Shown: one piece after another, positions 39,945-49,145 of the stretch
How the letters are laid out: each line of letters starts with the position of its first letter
How positions within the stretch are numbered: position 1 is the first letter of the stretch
Assembly (NCBI GenBank): GCA_965277715.1
Contig: OZ255836.1
Location: 3,840,001 to 3,904,000 of the forward strand
DNA from: Gammaproteobacteria bacterium
GTDB lineage: Bacteria > Pseudomonadota > Gammaproteobacteria > JBCCGL01
DNA length: 64,000 nt
Direction of reading: 5' to 3'
Position numbers and translations under genes: made by a program
Notes under the pieces: model-generated
Seen by the model: only the letters and a program-made list of their open reading frames with translations
Databases searched by the model: none
Told to the model about the DNA's origin: nothing

Positions 39945-40153
39945 TCATTTGAGTCACATACTTACGTGGTTCACCTATCGGATAAGTAGTGCCGTACCAC
40001 AAGGATGGAATTCAAAAATACAGACAGTGAAATCCAACGCACGGGGGTTTCGTTCATTTGAGCGCTATCGTCGGCGTATTCTATTTTATCGTGGAAAACC
40101 GGATGTGACTCCAAATTGACTGAACTGGGCCTCACAATAACTTACCAAGAGCC
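39945..40153 (+). mobile_element. ISL3-family transposase 3' remnant with right end
   Basis: ISSAVPQGWNSKIQTVKSNARGFRSFERYRRRILF matches the ISL3 C-terminus; the terminal ...AAGAGCC is at 40147-40153. Confidence 0.8.
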
Positions 40154-40287
40154 TGTTTATAATGGCGGTTTTATAGCATACATTTTTGATAATTGACTAA
40201 ACCCCGGATACCTTTATATATGTGTAGCATTGCTTTTCTCTCCAATAGCGAAATAAACCCAACATGTGATTATTTCAGGACAGAGCC

Positions 40288-40495
40288 GAATGGCACTTCC
40301 TTAAGGCGTAAGCAACTGATAGTAAAGAGTTTATTTATTCTTTCTAAGAAAAAAAATGATATTTTGAAAGTTGCCGCCAATGATAACCGGGATAGTTTTA
40401 CAAATATTGCTTTCAAGAACCATATGCCAAGTTATCTGAACCAAGCACGTAATACCAATACTTTCAAATACTTACAGCTTAAGGAAGTGCCATTC
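40288..40495. mobile_element. 208-bp non-autonomous element (MITE), IS4-like ends, 11-bp target duplication
   Basis: TIR GAATGGCACTTCCTTAAG is perfect over 18 bp (23 of 25 when extended). AGGACAGAGCC is duplicated at 40277-40287 and 40496-40506. Confidence 0.9.
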
Positions 40496-40581
40496 AGGAC
40501 AGAGCCCTTTATTGTTAGCGTCGTCGCAGCATTTTTTGCTACAGCGAATGAATGCTATATTACTGTCGTAGGTGCTTTGTA

Positions 40582-42066
40582 ATGGAAGCTACAAGGCCGC
40601 AGGACAACGATGAAATCAATTTGATTGAGTTCATCGAAACAGTTTGGGATGGTAAGTGGAAAATCGTATTTATTGTTGCGTTATCAGTACTTGGTATGCT
40701 TGTTTTTCAACTCGTAGCTCCCTCGCCAAGTTTTATCGCGACAACTGAAATAAAACCAATTACATCTGTTGAAGCCGGGCGTTATCGTGCCTCTAACACA
40801 TTTGGTTTTTTTGGAGTTGATCAAGACCTGCTTCAGGATCTTTACATTGAACAACTCGATGAACGTACGTTGTTTAAAGAGGCTATCCGAAAGCATGAGC
40901 TGTTAGATAGAACGACTTTCGAAACGGATTCGGAGTACAGCGAAGCACTAGTCAAACTTGCAGCATCGATAGTTATTCAGCCTCCTGTTGATTTTGATGG
41001 AATAAAGAAGAGTGAAAATCGTCAGTTTTGGAGGGTTAAGTTTGAGTATAACGATGAAGTTAAGTGGAAGAATGTATTACTTACAGTGAATAGCAATGCT
41101 AACAAGGCAGTGAGCACCATCTTACAAAAGCGTTTTTTGTCACTTATATCAATTGCTAAGCAAAAGAGAGATTTTAAATTTGAGGATGTAAAAACTCAAA
41201 TTCAAAACGCGATGCAAGACTTTAATAAACAAATGGAAGAAGTTCAGCTAAAGCAAGGATTTGAACTTGAGGATCTGTTGACTCAAATAGAGAACGCAAA
41301 AAAAGATTTTCGCATAGAAATGGAAAAGTTTGAACTTCAGCAACAGTTTGAGCTTGAAGACATAGGCACGCAAATCGACAATACTTTAAAAGATTACGAC
41401 AGAAAAACGACTGACAGGCTGGCTTTTTTGCGTGAGCAAGCCGCCATTGCCCGTAAGTTGGGTGTCTCTAAAAATACGATCGAAGCGCAAACGTTTAATG
41501 TTAAAAGTGGCATTGTTGCTAATGTCAAAATTGATACGCCTTTTTACTTACGTGGCTACGAGGCAATTGAAAAGGAAATCGAACTTATCGAATCGCGTGA
41601 AGATAAAGAAGCGTTCATAGACGGTTTGTTTGAGTTGGAACAAAAGAAGCGTGCCTTGGAACAAGATAAAACCCTTCAAAGGGCTGAAAAGAGAAGGGTG
41701 TTTTCAGATACCCTTATGGCGTTAGACCGTAAGCAAAGAGCGTTGCAACAAGACAAGACACTTGAGCGGGCAGAGCGCAGGAAAGAATTTTTAGCTACCT
41801 TGTTAACATTGAAAAGAGAGAAAAGAGCGTTGCAAGAAGACAAGACACTTGAGCGGGCGGAGCGTTTGTTCTCTGCAACACCAGTGGTAGTCAATGAGGA
41901 TTTCTCTGCTGTATCGATAACAATTGCAGCGACAGAGTTTGAATACGGGATTAAACGAATACATATGTTGATTTTGGTTGTTATGATTGGCGGAATGGTT
42001 GGGCTGGTTTATGTGCTCATCGCTAATGCTGTGCGTAAGCGTAAACAGCAGGCACTAGTGGCATAA
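40582..42066 (+). CDS. wzz: Wzz/FepE-type polysaccharide chain-length determinant, elongated
   Basis: DEINLIE..ETVW.GKW followed by a TM helix, LREQAAIARKLG, FYLRGYEAIEKEI, and a C-terminal Gly-rich TM (IGGMVG). Confidence 0.85.
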   Translation: MEATRPQDNDEINLIEFIETVWDGKWKIVFIVALSVLGMLVFQLVAPSPSFIATTEIKPITSVEAGRYRASNTFGFFGVDQDLLQDLYIEQLDERTLFKEAIRKHELLDRTTFETDSEYSEALVKLAASIVIQPPVDFDGIKKSENRQFWRVKFEYNDEVKWKNVLLTVNSNANKAVSTILQKRFLSLISIAKQKRDFKFEDVKTQIQNAMQDFNKQMEEVQLKQGFELEDLLTQIENAKKDFRIEMEKFELQQQFELEDIGTQIDNTLKDYDRKTTDRLAFLREQAAIARKLGVSKNTIEAQTFNVKSGIVANVKIDTPFYLRGYEAIEKEIELIESREDKEAFIDGLFELEQKKRALEQDKTLQRAEKRRVFSDTLMALDRKQRALQQDKTLERAERRKEFLATLLTLKREKRALQEDKTLERAERLFSATPVVVNEDFSAVSITIAATEFEYGIKRIHMLILVVMIGGMVGLVYVLIANAVRKRKQQALVA

Positions 42067-42216
42067 GGAACGTGCACGAAACAAATTCCGGGATTCGTCA
42101 ATGCATCGATTCACCTTTTATTAATCTTTGTATTTATTCGTGGTGCTATAGGGGTTTCGTTCGCGAGGCGTAAGTGTCTTTCTCCACTGTATACAGTGCA
42201 AATGCCGACGACTGTA

Positions 42217-42912
42217 GATACCATCATTGCGGCCACGGAATAGTGCCAGAGCGCGGTGGGAGGGGATTTTTTTATACGCTTCAGTGTAGTCAAAGTAATC
42301 GCGGAATTTACTGCCCTCGGTCAGTTTGTCACTGAACACGCTGGATTTCACCACACCCTCTGATTTGATGCGTGCGCGCAGCTCGCCGAGTAGCCCGGCA
42401 TCTTCGCTAAACCGCTCCATCAGTATGTAACGTGCGCCTTCCAGTGCGGCGGTGGTATCTGCAACGCCTCTCTCGTCATCCAGATATTTTTTATCCTCCG
42501 TTTCTGGGGTGAGTGCGGGGTTATCAAACAGACTGTCCGCCAGTGGTTCGAGGCCTGCTTCGCGGGCGATTTGCCCTTTTGTGCGGCGTTTGGGTTTGTA
42601 GGGTAGGTAGAGATCTTCCAGTGTGGTTTTCGTATCGGCGGCAAGAATCGCCTTGTGCAGTGTGTCGGTGAGCTTGCCTTGTTCTTCAATGTTTTTCAAG
42701 ATCGTCTGGCGGCGATCCTGAAGTTCACGCAAGTAAGTGAGGCGTTGTTCCAGTGTTCTAAGTTGGGTGTCGTCGAGACCGCCGGTCGCCTCTTTTCGAT
42801 AGCGGGAGATAAACGGAACGGTAGCGCCTTCATCAAGTAACGCGATAGCGGCCACCGTTTGGCTTGGCTGAGCGCCGAGCTCTGCGGCAATCAGTGCAAG
42901 GATATTTATCAT
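42217..42912 (-). pseudogene. tex: 5' third of tex (YhgF, RNA-binding transcription accessory protein), truncated
   Basis: [47 protein letters not shown]. Similarity stops after about 230 aa, whereas Tex is normally about 770 aa. Confidence 0.9.
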
Positions 42913-43276
42913 AGAGTACTTTTTGATACAGCAAGGGTAAAAAGGGGGCGGATTATAGGGGGTTATTTCTCTGCTGACAGCATTGGAGTGGAGGGTATTG
43001 TGCAGATTCACTCACGACATATTAAAGCGTGTTTTTTCCTTGCCTACATTGATACCTGTTGTCAATAGCACTGTTTACAGTGAGTATTTTGCTGTTATGC
43101 CGTTTATCGCAAGAAAGGGAGCAACAACCCTATAGCCAAGGTATTTCGGGGATTTTTATTTCAGGATCGAAAGTGAGTCGACAAAGCCATTAGAGAAGCA
43201 TAGAGATGCTCGTAGGGTGATTGTGTTATGCGTAGATGAGCTTTGCCATACTGCTGCCTCAGTCGAGTGGTAGGTA

Positions 43277-44100
43277 TTACCAACGAATGCGGGCGCCAAA
43301 AATAAAATTGTCCGATTCAAACCCACGGGTATCATCCTTTTGATTGTTATAACCGAACGAAATGGCAAATTGTTTGGTAATAAACCACTCAGTAGAAATT
43401 CCCCACGCTACCAGGTCGGTGTCACTGGCATCAGACTGGGAATAGTTAAACCCAACGCTGAAATAATCTTGAGGGTAGAAAGTAACGGTGATGCCCAGCG
43501 AGTCGACATCATCATTGAGGTCACGGTTTTCCAGATCGTAAACAATACTCCATGCGATTGCCTGTTTCTCACTCAACGAACGAACATCAAAGGTCGAAAC
43601 TTCATAGGTTTCACTATCTTCATTGCTACCCTCTACATCATCACGAGTGTAATCGAGTGTGAGAGTGGTGTTCTTGGCGATATACTTACCTGCGCCAACA
43701 GACCAGGACTGTGTATCAATGTTTAGACCTCCTGTTTCGCTGGTGGAATAGCGTAAATTCAGCAACCACCCGGATTCTTCATCGATTAGAATTGTACCCA
43801 CCTGGTAATTGCTGCTATTAAATCCATTGTTAGCAGTTTCGCTTTCGGTGCGGCCAGCAATAGCGTAAACATTGGATGCGCGATCCAGAAAACTGGCGAG
43901 AGCGAAAGACCCCTTGCTAGTGTCAACCGAGTCAAAGTAATAGGTGCCTAGAAAAGAGAAAAAATCCACACTACTACTTGATACTGGATTACGCACCTCG
44001 ATTTTCCCGTTTAAATATACTCCTTGCAATTCTAGCTGGTAATCGGCGCAAAGGGTATAAGTAAGGCAATACTGCCTACTATGGTAGCTACTCTTTGCAC
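43277..44100 (-). pseudogene. Outer-membrane beta-barrel (putative porin), frameshifted right after the signal peptide
   Basis: SD AGGAGA plus GTG at 44100 gives MQRVATIVGSIALLIPFA in one frame. The mature part (ADYQLELQG...FGARIRW*) is in another frame and has alternating beta strands and a terminal aromatic residue. Confidence 0.65.
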
Positions 44101-44329
44101 TCTGGTGTCTCCTATCGTCCGATATTTTGTTAATGTCGATTTTCGCAATCCTATTGCATAATGTTATCCGCTGCTGTGCCTGGCAAGTCCCTACCGGAAG
44201 CACAATTCTTCCTGGTTTCTGAATTGTTCAGCTAATTCCCTCAGTTTTTTACTAAGCTCGCGTTTCGTATTTTACAAAGGAGATTCTCAATGGCCTATGA
44301 AAAACTCAAATTCCCTGATAGCCAGCCTG

Positions 44330-44479
44330 GTAGTTGCTCAACAAAAGAACTGGTTTAGCTCCTTATTATTTACACATTTTTTCATAAGTATAGAATTACA
44401 ATTTTCCCTGAAAAGTGTGTAATAAAGGGGCCAAACCAGGCTTTTTCTCGCCACGAGTACCTCTAAGCCCGACAGGTTC
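44330..44479. mobile_element. Degenerate relative of the 29209-29383 MITE
   Basis: Its end CTCGCCACGAG..CTAAGCCCGACAGGTT resembles CTCGTTACGAG..CTAAACCCGACAGGCT. It has an internal IR (TTATTTACACATTTTTTCA / TGAAAAGTGTGTAATAA); the left TIR is not recognisable. Confidence 0.5.
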
Positions 44480-44563
44480 TAGTCGATAATTATTGTCGAT
44501 GGTCCACTACCTTAAACACCGATAGCACTAGGAGGGCTGGGTTAAGCTATTTTAGCGAGTTAA

Positions 44564-45109
44564 CTACAAATCCCCCAATACAGCCTTTTTCCAAGGCTTT
44601 TTCAACCAAATAGCAATGTCTTTTCCAACTGCTTTTGCTATCCGTCCGAGTACAGAACATGAACCTTTGAACCCGGCAAAAGCGCCACCAACTGAATATC
44701 TACCTGCACGAAATGAGGCGATTTTTTCGCCATGGTTATAAAGTATACCTTCAAATTCGGCGTACTTCCTGTGACCCAAAAAGGCATTACCTTGACTTAT
44801 AGCGTCTGTTATCTCCATAACAAGAACAGCCCCACTATCATCCTTGCTCACACTATCGCGAATTTGTACATCTACACCAAACTGATCCCCATATTCATTA
44901 ACAAAAAATGGTAGTTGACTTTCGATGGTGCATTCTTCAATGATACTGGATTGAATTCTGTGGTTTTCTTTAAAAGGTATGGGGCTACCGATAGTCACTG
45001 ATTTGGGGGCTACAGCATATTCTTTTGCTACCTGCACGGACTTCACTTTCTTAGACCCACAGCCCATAATAGTCATGCTTACCAAGACTATAACAATTAC
45101 GTATTTCAT
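44564..45109 (-). CDS. Hypothetical lipoprotein
   Basis: Signal peptide with lipobox IMGC; SD AGGAG. Confidence 0.75.
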   Translation of the reverse strand: MKYVIVIVLVSMTIMGCGSKKVKSVQVAKEYAVAPKSVTIGSPIPFKENHRIQSSIIEECTIESQLPFFVNEYGDQFGVDVQIRDSVSKDDSGAVLVMEITDAISQGNAFLGHRKYAEFEGILYNHGEKIASFRAGRYSVGGAFAGFKGSCSVLGRIAKAVGKDIAIWLKKPWKKAVLGDL

Positions 45110-45688
45110 TTGTACTCCTATTCCTCGTTTTAGTTGAATTTATATTGCTTGCTGGCAGCAACGTTTACCACATGTGAACGTAGTTTTTAGTGCTTGCAAA
45201 CAAGGTGTTTAAGATATCTGAAAGAAAATGTCCAGGTATTGGCTTTTTTAGTTATTGGTTTTATGAGTACTTCCTTTATGAAGCTACTATGATTACACAA
45301 ACTCTTGATTATATTCACATATGTGTCCAATTATTTCACAGTGGCACAAGGTTAACCCGAAACCTTGAATGATGCAATTGCGTTAAGTGGGAACTACCGT
45401 AGAAAATCACGATGGTGCCTGCGAATCGACATTGTAAAGATTACGATTTTCTACTCTTCATCCAACGAAAAAGATTGACCGGCCCACGCGCTTTCTCCAT
45501 TGAAAGTGGGGTAAAAGTATCCCGTAGCAACCCCGAGAGTTGCCTCCGAGTTTGCATAATACTCATAGTAGGGCGACTGCTCGAAACGCTGTGCACCGAT
45601 GCACGCGGTTTACAGTGGGTTGGCAGGGTTAGGGTTATTCATTGTTTCTGATTTTCCCGTTGTTTTATTCCAGCGCTGTAAGGTTTGA

Positions 45689-46606
45689 TCACTTGCTGTT
45701 TACATCAGTCGATTCCGCTGTTTTTGTATAGCCAAATAATACTTCGATGAGCCCGGCAAATAAGATAGCGATTGCCCCCACCCATTGCAGTAACATCATC
45801 GTTTCCTCAGGCACCAGGATTGCAGCACTGACAATAGCCACAACTACCTCCGACATGGTTAAGATGCCAACCCGCCCTGGAAACAGTAGCTGGGATATTC
45901 TGAAAATAATACAAAAACAAGGTAGCAATATCGCGATAGACCAGAAGGCAGCGGTGGGCAAAGCGGCTGTTAACATCGCCAAAGTTGGAACAGGGTCAAC
46001 ATAGAGAACCCCAGCGAATAAGGCTGAAATAACGGTTGTCGAAACAAATATAAATGTGGCCAATGGCAAAATGGGGATATTTGACCAGCGGTTCAGCGTG
46101 GCCACGCCGATTGCCCAGAAAACGCCGGATAGAAGACTGTAGAGATCACCAATATTGAGCGGATAGTTTGAGGAGCCACCGTTTGATAACAATAAAACCA
46201 ACCCGACAAATGCCACGCCAATAGCGATTACCCGTGCCTTGGTCAAGCGTTCAGATAACCAGAGTACGCCGAGCAATGTGGACCAGACAGGCGTCAGGTA
46301 ATAGAGCAAGGTCGCTCTGATGATGGTGGTTTCTACCAATCCGTTGGCGTAAAGCGTAAAAGCCAGGCCTATCATCAGCGCGGCCAGAAGCGTAGGGCCG
46401 AGCACACCGATTAGTTGCCTGAAATTGAATACCAGCCACGGGCATAACACGAGCAGAGGGCATGCGTTAAAAAAGACAACACTCCAGGCGCCGGTTAATC
46501 CCGCACTTTCAATGGCCCTTAACGGAAACCAGTAAAAACCCCAGGCGGCAGCACTTAAGGAAAGTGCAAGGCTTAATGTTTTGTCGGAATAGACTTTTGA
46601 AAACAT
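45689..46606 (-). CDS. DMT/EamA family transporter
   Basis: About 10 TM helices; LLYYLTPVWST..LSERLT. Confidence 0.85.
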   Translation of the reverse strand: MFSKVYSDKTLSLALSLSAAAWGFYWFPLRAIESAGLTGAWSVVFFNACPLLVLCPWLVFNFRQLIGVLGPTLLAALMIGLAFTLYANGLVETTIIRATLLYYLTPVWSTLLGVLWLSERLTKARVIAIGVAFVGLVLLLSNGGSSNYPLNIGDLYSLLSGVFWAIGVATLNRWSNIPILPLATFIFVSTTVISALFAGVLYVDPVPTLAMLTAALPTAAFWSIAILLPCFCIIFRISQLLFPGRVGILTMSEVVVAIVSAAILVPEETMMLLQWVGAIAILFAGLIEVLFGYTKTAESTDVNSK

Positions 46607-47021
46607 AAAGGGGGTTTAGTTGGCACCCGCGTCTGGCGGGTATGTATCATTTTAGTGAGTAGCTCGGTAACAAAGACTATTTTTATAGGTGATTTTCAAA
46701 CGACTGGCTGAATAGTGCTGTTCCGGGCGTGTCTTGGTGTGGCGCAGGATACAGTACTTCTCGGCCAAAAAAACACTCTACAGCATCAAATAGCATATTA
46801 AGTGTTCCAATGATGTACCGTTTGCGGGTATTCTTTGGCTTGGACTCTGCACTTTGAGCGCTCAAATTAGCTATTCGGTTACCGTTTTTTTCGGTGTAAT
46901 ACGTAGTTGACGGTTTAAGTCTATCCTGTTATTTCTGCATTTTTGCACGAATTTTAAAAAAAAATACAGCGGCGCGGTTTGAATTGAAGGCTGTGCTATG
47001 TAAACAACCCAGGGGGAAAAG

Positions 47022-47954
47022 ATGAATTTAAAATCTCTAGCGGTCGCAGGCAGTCTGCTTGTTGCCAGTACCATTCCGGCCATGTCTCAAGCGGCGGATG
47101 CGATCAAAATTCCGGTTAATGAGTGGACCGGGCAGCACATTTCTGCACACATTACGGGCTCGCTGATGCAGAAGGCCGGGTACACGGTGGAATATGTCAC
47201 CGCTGGCGCCGTGCCACAATTTGCTGCAATCGCGCAGGGCGATCTTCACATTCAACCCGAAACCTGGACGAATAATGTCGGTGATATTTACCCCAAAGCA
47301 GTGGCGAGTGGCGATATCGTGGTCGTGGGTTCACTCGGTTTAAAACCACAGGAAGGCTGGATATATCCACCCTATATGAAAGAAAAATGCCCAGGGTTAT
47401 CGAGCTATCAAGCGCTGTACGATTGCGCACAGGCGTTCGCTGCAGCTGATACCTTCCCGAATGGCCGCTTGATTACCTATCCGGCTGACTGGGGCACACG
47501 CTCGAAAGATGTGGTTGCGCAAATCGGCATTCCATTTCAGCCCGTTGCCGGTGGTTCTGAAGGCGCGATGATTGCAGAAGTAAAAAGTGCCTATGCAAGC
47601 AAACAACCCATTCTTATGATGTTCTGGCAGCCGCATTGGCTTTTCGCCGAGTATGAGTTTGATTGGATTGAATGGGATAAGGTCGGTGACGAGTGCGTAG
47701 AAGAGTCTGGGCAGTCTAAAGGCAATGCCTGTGGTTTCCAGCAGGCCTCGATCGATAAGATTGCCAACAAGGACTTTGCGTCTAAATGGCCAGGTGCCGC
47801 TAGGTTGTATGCCGCAATGTCTATCGATAACACCACCCAAAACGCGCTGATGCTCGAAATCGATAACAAGGGCCGCAAGCTTGAAGAGGTGGTCGCTGAA
47901 TGGATTGTCGCAAATGAAGCGACCTGGGCGCCGTGGGTTAAAGCCGCTCAGTAA
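47022..47954 (+). CDS. Glycine betaine/proline-type ABC substrate-binding protein (ProX/OpuAC family)
   Basis: Signal peptide; NEWTGQ, PETW, EGW, FWQPHW aromatic-box motifs. Confidence 0.88.
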   Translation: MNLKSLAVAGSLLVASTIPAMSQAADAIKIPVNEWTGQHISAHITGSLMQKAGYTVEYVTAGAVPQFAAIAQGDLHIQPETWTNNVGDIYPKAVASGDIVVVGSLGLKPQEGWIYPPYMKEKCPGLSSYQALYDCAQAFAAADTFPNGRLITYPADWGTRSKDVVAQIGIPFQPVAGGSEGAMIAEVKSAYASKQPILMMFWQPHWLFAEYEFDWIEWDKVGDECVEESGQSKGNACGFQQASIDKIANKDFASKWPGAARLYAAMSIDNTTQNALMLEIDNKGRKLEEVVAEWIVANEATWAPWVKAAQ

Positions 47955-47975
47955 TTCGCTGAAACCAACCAAACG

Positions 47976-48013
47976 ACGGTTAAGGGCTGGCTATTCAACC
48001 AGCCCTTAACCGT
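47976..48013 (+). terminator. 15-bp hairpin after the SBP gene (mRNA stabiliser or attenuator)
   Basis: ACGGTTAAGGGCTGG-ctattcaa-CCAGCCCTTAACCGT. Confidence 0.6.
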
Positions 48014-48059
48014 TGGTTACTGCACTACAACCCACTCCCTAATAATTCGTGAGCACGAG

Positions 48060-49145
48060 ATGAACGCGACCTCAGAGGACACGATACTTTCCTGTCGCCA
48101 TATATGGAAAGTGTACGAAGAAGCAGCCTCTCCCTATTTCAAACACGAAGTGCCTGATGCCGATGCGGCAGCGCTGTCGACACGTATGCGTACCGATGGC
48201 GCTATACCTGCGGCGGTTGATGTCAGCTTTGACGTTCATGCAGGCGAGATTTTCGTCATTATGGGGCTTTCGGGGTCCGGTAAATCGACCGTGGTGCGCT
48301 GTCTTTCACGGCTGGTCGAGCCGACTTACGGTGAGATCCTGCTGGATGGCGAAGACCTGTTGAAAAAATCGGATAGGGAGTTGATCGATATTCGCCGGCA
48401 CAAGATGGGAATGGTGTTCCAGAATTTTGGCCTGATGCCACACCTCAGTGTTTTCGACAATATCGCCTTCCCACTGTCGCTGCAGGGCGTGCCGATGGCG
48501 CAAAGAGTCGAGAAAGTGCGTCGCGTCATTGAGTTGGTTGGCCTGGAAGGGCGTGAAACCGCCTATCCTCAACAGCTCTCGGGTGGGCAGCAGCAACGCG
48601 TTGGTATCGCCCGGTCCTTGGCTGTAGAGCCTGAGCTATGGTTGCTCGATGAGCCATTTTCAGCGCTCGATCCGCTTATCCGGCGGCAAATGCAGGATGA
48701 GTTCCTGCGCATCCAAACAACACTGAAAAAGTCGATTGTATTTATCACGCACGATTTTCTCGAAGCACTTAAAATCGCCGACCGCATGATGATTATGCGC
48801 GATGGTATGGTCGTGCAGGTGGGAACTCCGGCGGAGTTGATCGTCAACCCCGCAGACGACTATGTGGCGGAATTCACTGAGGATGTGCCTATGGTGCGGG
48901 TATTGACTGCCATGGATGTACTCGACCCCGAACAATCGCCCACAGACGGAATGCCCCGGCAGGATGCCAGCAGCAGTGTCGAAGACTTGCTACCGCTGCT
49001 GGCTACGCATAAGGAGGGAATAGTCGCCGTGCGCGATGGTGTAGCGGCCGGTGTTGTCACCGCCACGAGTGTGATCGCCGCCCTGGCGCACCAGAACCAG
49101 AATGGCGTCGCAGATACCAATCTCAACGAAGAAGCCGCGTGTTGA
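48060..49145 (+). CDS. Betaine/proline ABC ATPase (ProV-like)
   Basis: [32 protein letters not shown]. Confidence 0.92.
   Translation: MNATSEDTILSCRHIWKVYEEAASPYFKHEVPDADAAALSTRMRTDGAIPAAVDVSFDVHAGEIFVIMGLSGSGKSTVVRCLSRLVEPTYGEILLDGEDLLKKSDRELIDIRRHKMGMVFQNFGLMPHLSVFDNIAFPLSLQGVPMAQRVEKVRRVIELVGLEGRETAYPQQLSGGQQQRVGIARSLAVEPELWLLDEPFSALDPLIRRQMQDEFLRIQTTLKKSIVFITHDFLEALKIADRMMIMRDGMVVQVGTPAELIVNPADDYVAEFTEDVPMVRVLTAMDVLDPEQSPTDGMPRQDASSSVEDLLPLLATHKEGIVAVRDGVAAGVVTATSVIAALAHQNQNGVADTNLNEEAAC

Noticed and set aside
40193-40582. 129-aa ORF
   Set aside because: It runs across the MITE and has no recognisable protein features.
44483-45180. Lipoprotein gene as a stray integron cassette
   Set aside because: An R''-like GCTTAAC follows the stop codon, but there is no matching L/R' arm or upstream GTTRRRY.
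45190-45651. Short ORFs of 60 and 79 aa
   Set aside because: No SD, motif or compositional support; treated as intergenic. The many short antisense ORFs inside long genes were likewise treated as shadows.
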